A stretch of 64,000 nt of DNA from Malacoraja senta (Eukaryota): assembly GCA_038087875.1 (NCBI GenBank), contig CM075994.1:9612001-9676000 (forward strand), in the 5' to 3' direction. The position numbers and the translations under genes are program-made. Shown here piece by piece: positions 28,481 through 40,964 of this stretch (positions are counted from its first letter, which is position 1; every line of letters begins with the position of its first letter). Under the pieces are notes generated by a model. That model ran no database searches. It was given only the letters and a program-made list of their open reading frames with translations, and was not told where the DNA came from.

Positions 28481-28723
28481 CACCTGACAATAAACTCAAC
28501 TAAACTATGAAAGCGTAGGAATGCTGGTTTGCACGGAAGATAAGACACAAAACACTGGAGTAACTCATCTCTGGAGAAAAGGAATAGGTGATGTTTCGGA
28601 TCGAGATCCTTCTTCAGACGGAGTGTGAGGGGAAAGGGAAACGCGAGGTATAGACCTCTCCCCAGAGCTCAGGCCCTCACTGTCCGCACACCAAACAGTA
28701 CCATGAATGTTTTTGCAACATAC

Positions 28724-28826
28724 CAGGCTCGAGGTCAAGAATCATGTCCAAGGCCTGACGATAATGAGGCACCTGCTCGTTCAGTCCAGTCAAGTTGAAC
28801 TTGTCCTGAATATAATCTTCATCAAC
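28724..28826 (-). CDS. CSNK2B: CK2 beta coding exon 2 ([34 protein letters not shown])
   Basis: 103 nt, CAG acceptor and GTATG donor; translation matches vertebrate CK2beta. Confidence 0.97.
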
Positions 28827-28850
28827 CTGCACGCCAGAGAGAAAGAGAGT

Positions 28851-29117
28851 CCCTCGTTATAACAGACCCTCGTTATAGCGGACCCTCGTTATAGCGGACC
28901 CTCGTTATAGCGGACCCTCGTTATAGCGGACCCTCGTTATAGCGGACCCTCGTTAAGACAGACCCTCGTTAAGAACGCCCAATCTTTAAGAAAGCCCAAT
29001 CTTTAAGAACGCCCATCGTTAAGAACGCCCATCGTTAAGAACGCCCATCGTTAAGAACGCCCCTCGTTAAGAACGCCCCTCGTTAAGAACGCCCCTCGTT
29101 AAGAACGCCCCTCGTTA
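28851..29117. repeat. Minisatellite, 16-17-bp unit
   Basis: CCCTCGTTATAGCGGA grading into CCCTCGTTAAGAACGC. Confidence 0.9.
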
Positions 29118-29562
29118 CACCAGACCATAGCGAGGTCAGTGGTGCCAGTTATTGTCGATTGTCTGCTATATAACTGATGAAGGGATTATAAGTGTGTCGG
29201 AAGGAACTGCAGGTGGTGGTTTAAACCGAAGATAGACACAAAATGCTGGAGTAAATCAGAGGGACAGGCAGCATATCTGGAGAGAAGAAATGGGTGAGTT
29301 TTGGGTCGAGACCCTTCTTCAGTCTGAAGAAGGTTCTCAACCCGAAAAGTCACCCATTCCTTCTCTCCAGAGATGCTGCCTGTCTCGCTGAGTTACTCCA
29401 GCATTGTGTTTCCATCTAAGGGATTATAAGTGTCAGAAGGAACTGCAGATGCTGGTGTAAACCAAATAGCTGGAGTAACTGAGCAGTGCAGACAGCATCA
29501 CTGGAGAAAATGAATCAGATGACGTTTTGGTCGGATGCCAAGAAGGATCTCGACCCGAAACC

Positions 29563-30791
29563 ACAAGGGAGAGCCAGTGGATGTAGTGTACCTGGACTTT
29601 CAGAAAGCATTTGATAAGGTCCCACATAGGAGATTAGTGGGCAAAATTAGGGCACATGGTATTGGGGGTGGAGTGCTGACATGGATAGAGAAGTGGTTGG
29701 CAGACAGGAAACAAAGAGTAGGGATTAACGGGTCCCTTTCAGAATGGCAGGCAGTGAGTAGTGGGGTACCGCAAGGCTCGGTGCTGGGACCGCAGCTATT
29801 TACAATATACACCAATGATTTGGATGAAGGGATTCAAAGTAACATTAGCAAATTTGCAGATGACACAAAGCTGGGTGGCAGTGCGAACTGTGAGGAGGAT
29901 GCTATGAGAATGCAGGGTGACTTGGACAGGTTGGGGGAGTGGGCAGATGCATGGCAGATGAAGTTTAATGCGGATAAATGTGAGGTTATCCACTTTGGTA
30001 GCAAAAACAGGAAGGCAGATTACTATCTAAAATGGCGTCAAGTTGGGAAAAGGAGAAGTACAACGGGATCTGGGGGTCCTTGTACATCAGTCTATGAAAG
30101 TAAGCATGCAGGTACAGCAGGCAATGAAGAAAGTGAATGGCATGTTGGCCTTTATAACAAGGAATCGAATATAGGAGCAAAGAGGTCCTTCTGCAGTTGT
30201 ACAGAGCCCTAGTGAGACCACACCTGGAGTATTGTGTGCAGTTTTGGTCCCCTAATTTGAGGAAGGACATTCTTGCTATTGAGGGAGTGCAGCGTAGGTT
30301 TACAAGGTTAATTCCCGGGATGGTGGGACTGGCATATGCTGAGAGAATGAAGCGGCTGGGCTTGTACACTCTGGAGTTTAGAAGGATGAGAGGATATCTC
30401 ATTGAAACATATAGGATTGTTAAGGGCTTGGACACACTAGAGGCAGGAAACATGTTCCCGATGTTGGGGGAGTCCAGAACCAGCGGCCACAGTTTAAGAA
30501 TAAGGATTAAGCCATTTAGAACAGAGACGAGGAAACACTTTTTCTCACAGAGAGTGGTGAGTCTGTGGAAGAGTGGTGAGTCTGTGGAATTCTCTGCCTC
30601 AGACGACGGCGGAGGCAGGTTCTCTGGATGCTTTCAAGAGAGCTAGATAGGGCTCTTAAAAATAGCGGAGTCGGGGGATATGGGGAGAAGGCAGGAACGG
30701 GGTACTGATGGGATCATCAGCCATGATCACATTGAATGGCAGTGCTGGCTCGAAGGGCCAAATGGCCTACTCCTGCACCTATTGTCTATTG
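29563..30791 (+). mobile_element. 5'-truncated CR1 LINE. Many similar fragments, e.g. 13140-13765 +, 26895-27875 +, 55350-56370 +, 3868-4370 -, 34088-34770 -, 38755-39380 -, 42388-42903 -, 48126-48585 -
   Basis: YLDFQKAFDKVPH, GVPQGSVLGP, FADD, RPHLEYCVQFW; 3' tail CCTATTGTCTATTG. Confidence 0.92.
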
Positions 30792-31959
30792 AAACGTCAC
30801 CTATTTATTTTCTCCAGAGATGCTGTCTGACCCCGCTGAGTTACTCCAGCTTTTTGTGATCTATCTGAGGGATTATAAGTAGAACTGCAGAGGCTAGTTA
30901 ATACATAAAGGACACAGTGTGCTGGAGTAACTCAGCAGGTCAGGCAGCATCACTGGAGAACACGGATAGGTGATGTTTCTGGTCGGGACCCTTCTTTAGA
31001 CTCTCTGGACTTGTATCTATTGTCCCCCCCCCCCCCTTCCCCCTCCACTCCTTCTTCCAGCTTCACAATTCCCAACCCTTCAATCCTTTGTCTCACATCA
31101 TCCGTTTTTTCTTTAAATCTCTGGCCTCTGCCCATCTGCCTGTTGTAAAACCACCCTCACCTACATCAAACTCATTACTCCCGTCAGACTTTGTCCTGCC
31201 CCTATCCTCCCTTCCAGCTTTCTCCCCCGCATCGCCCACATTCAGTCCGAAGAAGACTGAAGGGTCCCAACCTGAAACGTTGCTAATCCACGTTCTGCAG
31301 GGATGCTGCCTGACCCGCTGAGTTACTCCAGCACTTGGTGCCTTTTATCCTGCAGTTTCCTTGTTTCCACATTGCCTCGTTAGTTAACTTCGGGCGGAGA
31401 CCCTATCTTCAGACTAACCATGTTCTCCAGAGATGCTGCCTGGCCCCGCTGCGTTACTCCAGCACTATATTGTCTATTGAAACGGCCAGGAGAACGGCCA
31501 GGATCTCGGCCTCCGTAGAGGCAATAGCGGGGGCCTCATTTGGCCTGACTTTTTTGGGTGAACTGGGGCTGGGACTGGACATTGTGCCTTCCCCACAGTG
31601 GAAATCACTGTGGGGGGATGATTTTTGTATGTAATTGTTTGTAATTGTATTTGTTAGTCTGTGTTCAAGATGGCGGTCGGAGGGGAGAGTGGACGCTGGC
31701 GCGGTTTCGTTGCCGCTGCTCTCTCCTCAAATTGTGCTTCTGATTTTATTTTTTGTGTTTTTGGAAGGAATTCTGTCCCTGATTTGTGTATTGGTCTTTA
31801 TAACTTATTTTTTTAATTCTGATTATATGTTTCCTATAAATCTCTGTAAGGTGTCCTTGAGACCTCGGTATAAGGCGCCCGTAAATAAAATTCATTATCA
31901 TTATTATTATATGTCTTTCTACGGAATGGAAACGGTCAAGGTCTCCCTTGATCAATCGT

Positions 31960-32325
31960 TCCTCGACATAAAAAGTCTTCTCACCCACCACTCCACCTCC
32001 AGGCCTCTCAGATCGGCCGACTTGGGGTTGCTGAATATCCCACGGTCTAGGCATCTCAGGGGCGACCGCGCCTTTGCGGTTGCAGCCCCTAGACTGTGGA
32101 ACAGCATCCCCTTCCCATCAGAACTGCCCCCTCCATCGGACTCTTTTAAGTCAAGACTAAAGGCTTAGCTATACTCCCAGCCTTTCCTGACGTCCTCTGA
32201 GTGAGGGCTACATGTATATATGTATGTAGTTTGTTTGTTTGTGCTATTCTTATAACAAATGTAAAGCACTTTGGCCAACGAGAGTTGTTTTTTAAATGTG
32301 CTATATAAATAAATGTGACTTGACT
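31960..32325 (+). mobile_element. L2-clade LINE 3' end
   Basis: RPLRSADLGLLNIPRSR..GDRAFAVAAPRLWNS; tail TGTAAAGCACTTTG...TATATAAATAAA. Confidence 0.75.
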
Positions 32326-32716
32326 CTACATCACAAGAACAGCAACTCGACGATGGATGGCATGGTGGCGCAGCGGTAGAGCTGCTGCCTCACAGGGCCA
32401 GAGACCCGGGTTTGATCCCGACTACCGGTGCTGTCTGTACGGAGTTTGTACCTTCTCCCGCATGGGTTTTCCCGGAGATCTTCTGTTTCCTTCCACACGC
32501 CAAAGACGTACAGGTTGTAGGTTAATTGGCTTGGTGCATGTGTAAATTGTCCCTAGTGTGTGTAGGATGGTGTTGATGAGCGGGGATCGCTGGTCGGCGC
32601 CGACTCGGCGGGCCCCGTTTCCACGCTGTGTCTCCAAACAAAATGAAACCAAACTCCGCACATGTGCCGCCGCGAGGTGGCCGCTGCCAACAGGCTGCCG
32701 GTGAAGCCGGGCTTAC

Positions 32717-32789
32717 CTCGCAGAAGAACTCGTTGCCACGCAGCCCACAGAACCAGGAGATCCAGGGACACTTCCTCCGAGCTGCTCAT
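32717..32789 (-). CDS. CSNK2B: Casein kinase II beta, first coding exon ([24 protein letters not shown]), with an apparent 1-bp insertion
   Basis: AG acceptor at 32802-32801, 11-nt UTR AGGACGCGAAG, ATG at 32789, donor GAG|GTAAGC. Removing one base of the G run at 32765-32767 restores the conserved CK2beta N-terminus (73 nt seen, 72 expected). Confidence 0.95.
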
Positions 32790-32883
32790 CTTCGCGTCCT
32801 CTAGAAGAAGCGGGGAGAGAAGGAGGAAGAGTGAGTGCAGGTTATCAACCTCCCTGGATTACCAGCTCCCGACTTGTGGACAT

Positions 32884-33422
32884 GAGGCCAAGACAATGGC
32901 TATGGAGGCCAAGTCAGTGGCTATGGGAGGCCAAGTCAATGGCTGCGGGAAACCAAGTCAATGGCTGCGGGAGGCCAAGTCAATGGCTATGGGAGGCCAA
33001 GTCAGTGGCTGCGGAGGCCAAGTCAATGGCTATGGAGGCCAGGTCTATGGCTATGGGAGGCCAAGTCAATGGCTGCGGAGGCCAAGTCAATGGCTGCGGG
33101 AAAACAAGTCAATGGCTGCGGAGGCCAAGTCAATGGCTGCGGAGGCCAAGTCAATGGCTATGGGAGGCCAAGTCAATGGCTATGGGAGGCCAAGTCAATG
33201 GCTATGGGAGGCCAAGTCAATGGCTGCGGAGGCCAAGTCAATGCCCGTGGGTGGCCAAGTCATGGCTGTGGGATACCAAGTCAATGGCTGTGGGAAATCA
33301 AGTCAATGGCTGTGGGAAACCAAGTCAATGGCTGTGGGAGGCCAAGTCCAATGGCTGTGGGAGGCCAAGTCAATGGCTGTGGGAGGCCAAGTCAATGGCT
33401 GTGGGAGGCCAAGTCAATGGAT
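32884..33422. repeat. Minisatellite, 20-21-bp unit derived from a CR1 3' region
   Basis: GGAGGCCAAGTCAATGGCT(G/A)(C/T)G repeated ~26 times. Confidence 0.9.
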
Positions 33423-36400
33423 ATTTGCATGTTCATAAGTTATAGGAGCAGAATTACGCCATTCGGATCATCAAGTCTACTCCGCCATTCAATCATGGCC
33501 GGCCCACCTTTCGCTCTCAACCCCATTCTCCTGCCTTCTTCCCATATCCCCTACACCCTTTCTAATCAAGAATCTCCACGGTAAAAATATCAGTCGACTT
33601 GACCTCCACAGCCTTCTGTAGCAATGGCTCAGCGGTAGAGTTGCTGCCTCACAGCGCCAGAGACCAGGGTACGACCCTGACCAAGGGTGCTGCCTGTACG
33701 GAGTTTGTACGTTCTCCCTGTGACCTGCGTGGGTTTTCTCCGGGCGCTCCACTTTCCATTCTCCAAAGGCGTGCGGGTTTGTGGGCTCATTGGCTTGGGG
33801 TAATTGTAAATAGTCTCGAGTGTGTGTATAGGATAGAAGCAGGGATCGCTGGTCTATGCGGACTCAGTGGTTCCAAAGGGCCTGTTCCCGCGCTGTATCT
33901 CTAAACTCAACCCAATGTTGCCTTTTTCCCTGTGATCAGCTTTCTCTGCAATAAACAGGACGTCACCAGTGCCGGTTCGTGGAAAGGGATCTATAGTAGG
34001 CATTGCCTCAAAAAGGCAGCCAACATCATCAAGGACCTACACCACCCTGGCCACACACTCATCTCACTCTTGCCATCCGGAAAAGGAATAGACAATAGGT
34101 GCAGGAGTAGGCCATTCGCCCCTTCGAGCCAGCACCGCCATTCAACGGGATCATGGCTGATCATCCCAATCAGTACCCCGTTTCTGCCTTCTCCCATATC
34201 CCTGACTCCGCTATCTTTAAGAGCCCTATCTAGCTCCTCTTGAAAGCATCCAGAGAACCGGCCTCCACCGCCCTCTGAGGCAGAGAATTCCACAGACTTA
34301 CCACTCTCTGTGAGAAAAAGGTGTTTCCTCGTCTCCGTTCTAAATGACTTACCCCTTATTCTTAAACCTGTGTGGCCCCTGGTTCTGGACTCCCCAACAT
34401 CGGGAACATGTTTCCTGCCTCTAGCGTGTCCAAACCCTTAACAATCTTATATGTTTCAATGAGATCCCCTCATCCTTCTAAACTCCAGAGTATACAAGCC
34501 CAGCCGCTCCATTCTCTCAGCATATGACAGTCCCGCCATCCCGGGAATTAACCTTGTCAACCTACGCTGCACTCACCTCAATAGCAAGAATGTCCTTCTC
34601 AAATTAGGGGTCCAAAAACTGCACACAATACTCCAGGTGTGGTCTCACTAGGGCCCTGTACAACTGCAGAAGGACCTCTGTGCTCCTCTACTCCTCTTGT
34701 TATAAAGGCCAACATGCCATATCTTTCTTCACTGCCTGCTGTACCTGCATGCTTACTTTCAGTGACTGAACAGGAGCCTGAAAACTGCAACATCCAGGTT
34801 CAGGACCAGCTTCGTCCCAACAATCATGTCATTGAACACCGTGAACTCCAAATGAGCTCAAACTACCAGGTTGCCCTCGGGCTGTGTCCACTCATTACCC
34901 ATGTAGGAAGGAACTACAAGCGCTGGTTTACACCGAAGATAAGTCACAAAATGCTGGAGTAACTCGGCGGGACAGGCAGCATCTCTGGAGAGATGGAACG
35001 GGCGACCGTTTCGGGTCGAGACCCTTCTTCAGACACAAAGTCTCGACCCGTAACATCACCCGTCCCTTCTCTCCAGATATGCTGCCTGTTCCTTCTATCC
35101 AGGCAGCCTCTCTGGATAGAAGGAATGGGAGACGTTTCAGGTCGAGACCCATTCCTTCTCTCCAGAGAGGCTGCCTGTCCCGCTGAGTTACTCCAGCATT
35201 TTGTGTCTATCTTCAGTGTAAACCAGATTAGATGTTGCTTTGGCATTTGTTGCTTCATTTTCAACACACAAATTTCTGAATGTGCACGAAATGTGTAGGA
35301 AGGAAGTGCAGATGCCGGTTTATAGATACATAGCTACATAGAAAATAGGTGCAGGAGTAGGCCATTCGGCCCTTCGAGCCTGCACCGCCATTCAATATGA
35401 TCATGGCTGATCATCCAACTCAGTATCCCGTACCTGCCTTCTCTCCATACCCCCTGATCCCTTTAGCCACAAGGGCCACATCTAACTCCCTCTTAAATAT
35501 AGCCAATGAACTGGCCTCAACTACTCTCTGTGGCAGAGAGTTCCAGAGATTCACCACTCTCTGTGTGAAAAAGTTTTTCCTCATCTCGGTCTTAAAGGAT
35601 TTCCCCTTATCCTTAAGCTGTGACCCCTTGTCCTGGACTTCCCCAACATCGGGAACAATCTTCCTGCATCTAGCCTGTCCAACCCCATAAGAATTTTGTA
35701 CGTTTCTATAAGATCCCCTCTCAATCTCCTAAATTCTAGCGAGTATAAGCCAAGTCTATCCAGTCTTTCTTCATATGAAAGTCCTGACATCCCAGGAATC
35801 AGTCTGGTGAACCTTCTCTGCACTCCCTCTATGGCTATAATGTCCTTACACCGGAAGATAGACACAAAATGCTGGAGTAACTCAGCGGGGACAGGAAGCA
35901 TCTCCAGAGGGAAGGAATGGGAGACGTTTCGGGTCGAGACCCATTCCTTCTCTCCTGAGAGGCTGCCTGTTGCCCCAGCATTTTGTGTCTGTCTCTTACG
36001 AATGTACATGGCGGTTTACACCGTAGACACAAATGCTGCAGTAATTCAGCGGGACAGGCAGCATCTCTGGAGAGAAGGAATGGGTCTCGACCCGAAACAT
36101 CTCCCATTCCTTCTATCCAAAGAGACTGCCTGTCCCGCTGAGTTACTCCAGCATTTTGTGTCTATTTTCCACCTATTACCTGCCGGGCTTTGCCTGCCTC
36201 TCCTCTATCCCAGCATTAGAGCTCGTGCCAACGTACGATTGCCTGTTTCCATGCTGTATCTTCCAAAGCAATATCTCTGTAGTAAGTTACATTACATCAA
36301 GTACTCGTGTTGTATGACTGACTTGGCTAATGAAATTCCTCGTATGTTGTAAAACATACTTAGCTTATAAAGTATTATAGTGATTATTGTGATTGTGATC

Positions 36401-37933
36401 AGAATATTAAGGACGCAAATTGGAGGAGCAGCACCTCATATTTAGCTTGGGCAGTTACACCCCAGCGGTATGAACATTGACTTCTCCAATTTCAGGTAGT
36501 CCCTGCTTTCTCCCTCCTTCCCCTCCCCAGCTCTTCCACAGCCTACTATCTCGGCCTCTTCCTTTCTTCTTCCCGCCCCCCACCTCCACATCAGTCTGAG
36601 GAAGGGTCTCGACCCGAAACGTCACCTATTTCCTTCGCTCCATAGATGCTGCCTCACCCACTGAGTTTCTCCAGCATTTTTGTCTACCTTCCAGCATCTG
36701 CAGTTCTTTCTTAAACAGAATATTAAGGGTGGTCGCGGTGGCGCAGCGGTAGAGTTGCTGCCTTACAGCAAATGCACGCCGGAGACCGAGGTTCGATCCC
36801 GACTACGGGTGCTGTCTGTACGGAGTTTGTACGTTCTCCCCGTGACCTCTGTGGGTTTTTTCTCCGAGATCTTCCGTTTACTCCCACACTCCAAAGACGT
36901 GCAGGTTTGTAGGTGAATTGGCTTGGTAAATGTAAAAATTGTCCCTAGTGGGTGTAGGATAGTGTTAGTGTGCGGGGATCGCCCCCGAAGGGCCTTTTCC
37001 GCGCTGTATCTCTCAACATAGAAACATAAAAAATAGGTGCACGAGTAGGCCATTCGGCCCTTCAAGCCTGCACCGCCATTCAATATGATCATGGCTGATC
37101 ATCCAACTCAGTATCCTGTACCTGCCTTCTCTCCATACCCCCCTGATCCCTTTAGCCACATCTAACTCTCTCTTAAATATAGCCAATGAACTGGCCTCAA
37201 CCACCTTCTGTGGCAGAGAATTCCAGAGATTCACCACTCGCTGTGTGAAAAATGACTTTCTCATCTCGGTCCTAAAAGATTTCCCCCTTATCCTTAAACT
37301 GTGACCCCCTTGTTCTGGACTTCCCCAACATCGGGAACAATCTTCCTGCATCTAGCCTGTCCAACCACTTAAACTAATCTAATATTGAGTTGATGAATTT
37401 GTGGAATTCCCTGCCACAGAGGGCAGTGGAGGCCAAATCACTGGATGGACTTGAGAGAGTTAGATAGAGCTCTAGGGGCTCGTGGAATCAAGGGATATGG
37501 GGAGAAGGCAGGCACAGGTTATTGATTGGGACGATCAGCCCATGATCACAATGAATGGCGGTGCTGGTTCGAAGGGCCAAATGGCCTCCTCCTGCACCTA
37601 TTTTCTATGTTTCTATGTTTCTATCAATGTTTTTCTCTTTTAAAGTTAATGAATCGCTCCTACAGGGACCAATTGAGTGCAAGCAATTTGACCTTTGCTA
37701 CTGAATTCAAGAAACAAGTGGTGACTGAGAGTTTTCTGCAGCCTGTCCTGTCATCCAGTAAGTCAGGGACAATTTCCCAACTCCACTTTCCATACGTCAG
37801 AATCCCTCGTGGCCCCAAAACTTCTCAGCCTTGAAAACAAATAAAATGACTGATCCACCATCTGTCCCCAAGAACTCCAAGAACTGGTCGAGCTGCTGCC
37901 TCACAGCGTCAGAGTTGCCATGTACATTCGTAA

Positions 37934-38124
37934 AAGATAGACACAAAATGCTGGAGTAACTCAGCGGGACCGGCAGCATCTCTGGAGGGAAGAATGCGAG
38001 ACGTTTCGGGTCGAGACCCTTCTTCAGTCTGAAAGAAGGGTCTTGACCCGAAACGTCATCCATTCCTTCTCTCCAGAGATGCTGCCGGTCCCGCTGAGTT
38101 ACTCCAGCATGTTGTGTCTATCTT
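37934..38124. repeat. Palindromic (inverted pLTR) Penelope-derived element. Similar copies at ~880-1040, 25505-25720, 29227-29418, 34910-35225, 48784-48991
   Basis: Near-perfect ~90-bp arms centred on CTTCTTCAGTCTGAAAGAAGG. Confidence 0.8.
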
Positions 38125-38261
38125 CAATTTTCTTGGCCCCGCTCTGGAGTAGAAGTGGGGGCGGATCCGGACTGCAACGGCCGTGAGCCCCAGGCCGAGT
38201 TCGACGATCGTTTGCCTGCTTCTGCTGCTGTTGGAGGAGACGTTGCGTCGCGCCAGGGTCT

Positions 38262-38485
38262 TGGGCCTGTCCCACTTTGGCGTCAGTTACGCGACAGCCG
38301 CTGGCGCGCGAAGATTCCGTTTGCTACAAAACCCCCAGAGCCCCGCCCGATACCGCGCACAACTCCATACCCTCCGCGCTTCTCAGTGGGACCAGCCCCG
38401 CGCGGCCACACGATGCCCGTGCGCCTCAACGCGACCACGAGGTTGCGTAATTTGCGTGCCAAGGACACGTAAGTGGACAGGGTCT
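38262..38485. mobile_element. PIF/Harbinger-like MITE
   Basis: GGGCCTGTCCCACTT ... AAGTGGACAGGGTCT followed by TAA. Confidence 0.6.
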
Positions 38486-40444
38486 TAAAGGTCAAAGCAT
38501 TTAGCAGACGCATTAACACGGGCAGAACAGTGGCGCAAGTCCTGAGACACAGGTTCGATCCTCACCTCGGATGCTACCTGCACGATGTTTGCACCTTCTC
38601 CCTGTGGCCAGAGTTCTCCGGTTTCCTCCCACATCCCAAAGATCAGCAGGTTTGTAGGTTGAATGGCCTCTGAAAAATTCTCCCATGCGCGTAGGGAGTG
38701 AACGAGACAGTGGGATAACATAGAAGTAGTCCTGGGGGCTTTGTTTTAAGTCTTTAGAAACATAGAAAATAGGTGCAGGAGGCCATTCGGCCCCTTCGAG
38801 CCAGCACCGCCATTCATTGTGATCATGGCTGATCGTCCCCAATCAATAACTTGTGCCTGCCGTCTCCCCATATCTCTTGATTCCACTAGCCCCCAGAGCT
38901 CTATCTAACTCTCTCTTAAATCCATCCAGTGATTTGGCCTCCACTGCCCTCTGTGGCAGGGAATTCCACAAATTCACAACTCTCTGGGTGAAAAAGTTTT
39001 TTCTCACCTCAGTCTTAAATGACCTCCCCTTTATTCTAAGACGGTGTCCCTGGTTCTGACTCGCCCAACATTGGGAACATTTTTCCCTGCATTTAGCATG
39101 TCCAGTCCTTTTATAATTTTATATGTTTCTATGAGATCCCCGTCATCCTTCTAAACTCCAATGAATACAAGCCTAGTCTTTTCAATCTTTCCTCATATGA
39201 CAGTCCCGCCATCCCAGGGATCAATCTCGTGAACCTACGCTGCACTGCCTCAATCACAAGGATGTCCTTCCTCAAATTAGGAGACCAAAACAGTACACAA
39301 TATTCCAGATGTGGTCGTACCAGAGCCCTACACAACTGCAGAAGAATCTTTTTACTCCTATACTGAAATCCTCGTTATGAACTGAAATCCTCTTGTTATG
39401 AACTGAAATCCTCTTGTTATGAACTACACTGTTTTTAAAATATAAATGGAACTACTTTTTACTATAGTGTCAACTGAGTTCTAGGTTTATATGACTCTTG
39501 TGCTGCTGTAAAAGTAAGTATTTCATTGTTCCGTTTCGGGACATAAAACATAAAAAACTTCTCAATGGGCGATTGAAGGTCGGCATAGACTCGGTGGGCC
39601 GAAGGGCCTGCTTCCACACTATATCCTTCAATCATAAATAAAGCAGCACCTTGCTCTAAATGGCCAATTCCTTATTGGAATCGTGGGCGTCACGGTGGCA
39701 CAGTGGCAGCCGCTGCCTTACTGTGCATCGTCCAGAAGGCTCAAACTCTGGGAAGAGAGACTAGAGACTAGAGTAAGCATGCAGGTACAGCAGTGAAACG
39801 AATGGCATGTTGGCCTTTATAACAAGAGTTGAGGATAGGGGCAAAGAGGTCCTTCTGCAGTTGTACAGAGCCCTAGTGAGACCACACCTGGAGTATTGTG
39901 TGCAGTTTGGTCCCATAATTGAGGAAGAACATTCTTGCTATTGAGGAAGTGCAGCGTAGGTTCACCAGGTTAATTCCCGGGGTGGCGGGACTGTCATATG
40001 CTGAGAGAATGGAGCGACTGGGCTTGTACACTCTGGAGTTTAGAAGGATGAGAGGGGATCTTGTTGAAACATATAAGATTGTTAAGGGTTTGGACACGCG
40101 AGAGGAAGGAAACATGTTCCCGATGTTGGGGGAGTCCAGAAACAGGGGGCCACAGTTTAAGAATAAGGGGTAAGCCATTTAGAACGGAGACGACGAAACA
40201 CTTTTTCACACAGAGTTGTGAGTCTGCGGAATTCTCAACCTCAGAGGGCAGTGGAGGCCGGTTCTCTGGATACTTTCAAATGAAAGACCTAGATAGGGCT
40301 CTTAAAGATAATGGAGTCAGGGGATATGGGGAGAAGACAGGAACAGGGTACTGATTGGGATGATCAGCCATGATCACATTGAATGGCGGTGCTGGCTCGA
40401 AGAGCCGAATGGCCTACTCCTGCACCTATTGTCTATAAGACATT

Positions 40445-40716
40445 CACATGGCAATCGATCCCTCCGGGAATCTCCCACCAGGTTCCGACCAACCGTGGAT
40501 AACCTGGCACAGTGTCACAGACTGCGGACAGGCGCGGGGAGGAGCAAATGGAAGATGCTGGAGTGGGGATATACTGAAGATGCCGCAGACTGAAAGTGTG
40601 GACGGGGCCTCCAGACTATGGAACATCTCCTGAGCTGTGACACGCTGCATGACACTGTAAAGGACCTTGCTGAGGCCTATGACGTGGCACTAAAATGTTG
40701 TGTGACAAAATAATAA
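40445..40716 (+). mobile_element. Second Vingi/RTEX-like LINE 3' fragment
   Basis: LPPGSDQPWITW, RLRTGAGRSK, KCG...QTMEHLLSC across a frameshift and a stop. Confidence 0.6.
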
Positions 40717-40764
40717 CAGCGCCAGAGACCCAGGTTCGATCCCGACTACGGGCGCTGTCTGCAC

Positions 40765-40964
40765 NNNNNNNNNNNNNNNNNNNNNNNNNNNNNNNNNNNN
40801 NNNNNNNNNNNNNNNNNNNNNNNNNNNNNNNNNNNNNNNNNNNNNNNNNNNNNNNNNNNNNNNNNNNNNNNNNNNNNNNNNNNNNNNNNNNNNNNNNNNN
40901 NNNNNNNNNNNNNNNNNNNNNNNNNNNNNNNNNNNNNNNNNNNNNNNNNNNNNNNNNNNNNNNN
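40765..40964. other. Assembly gap (200 N)
   Basis: Run of N. Confidence 1.

Noticed and set aside
38155..38488. ORF with a signal-peptide-like leucine run
   Set aside because: No ATG start (GTG), no donor, and it runs into a Harbinger MITE.
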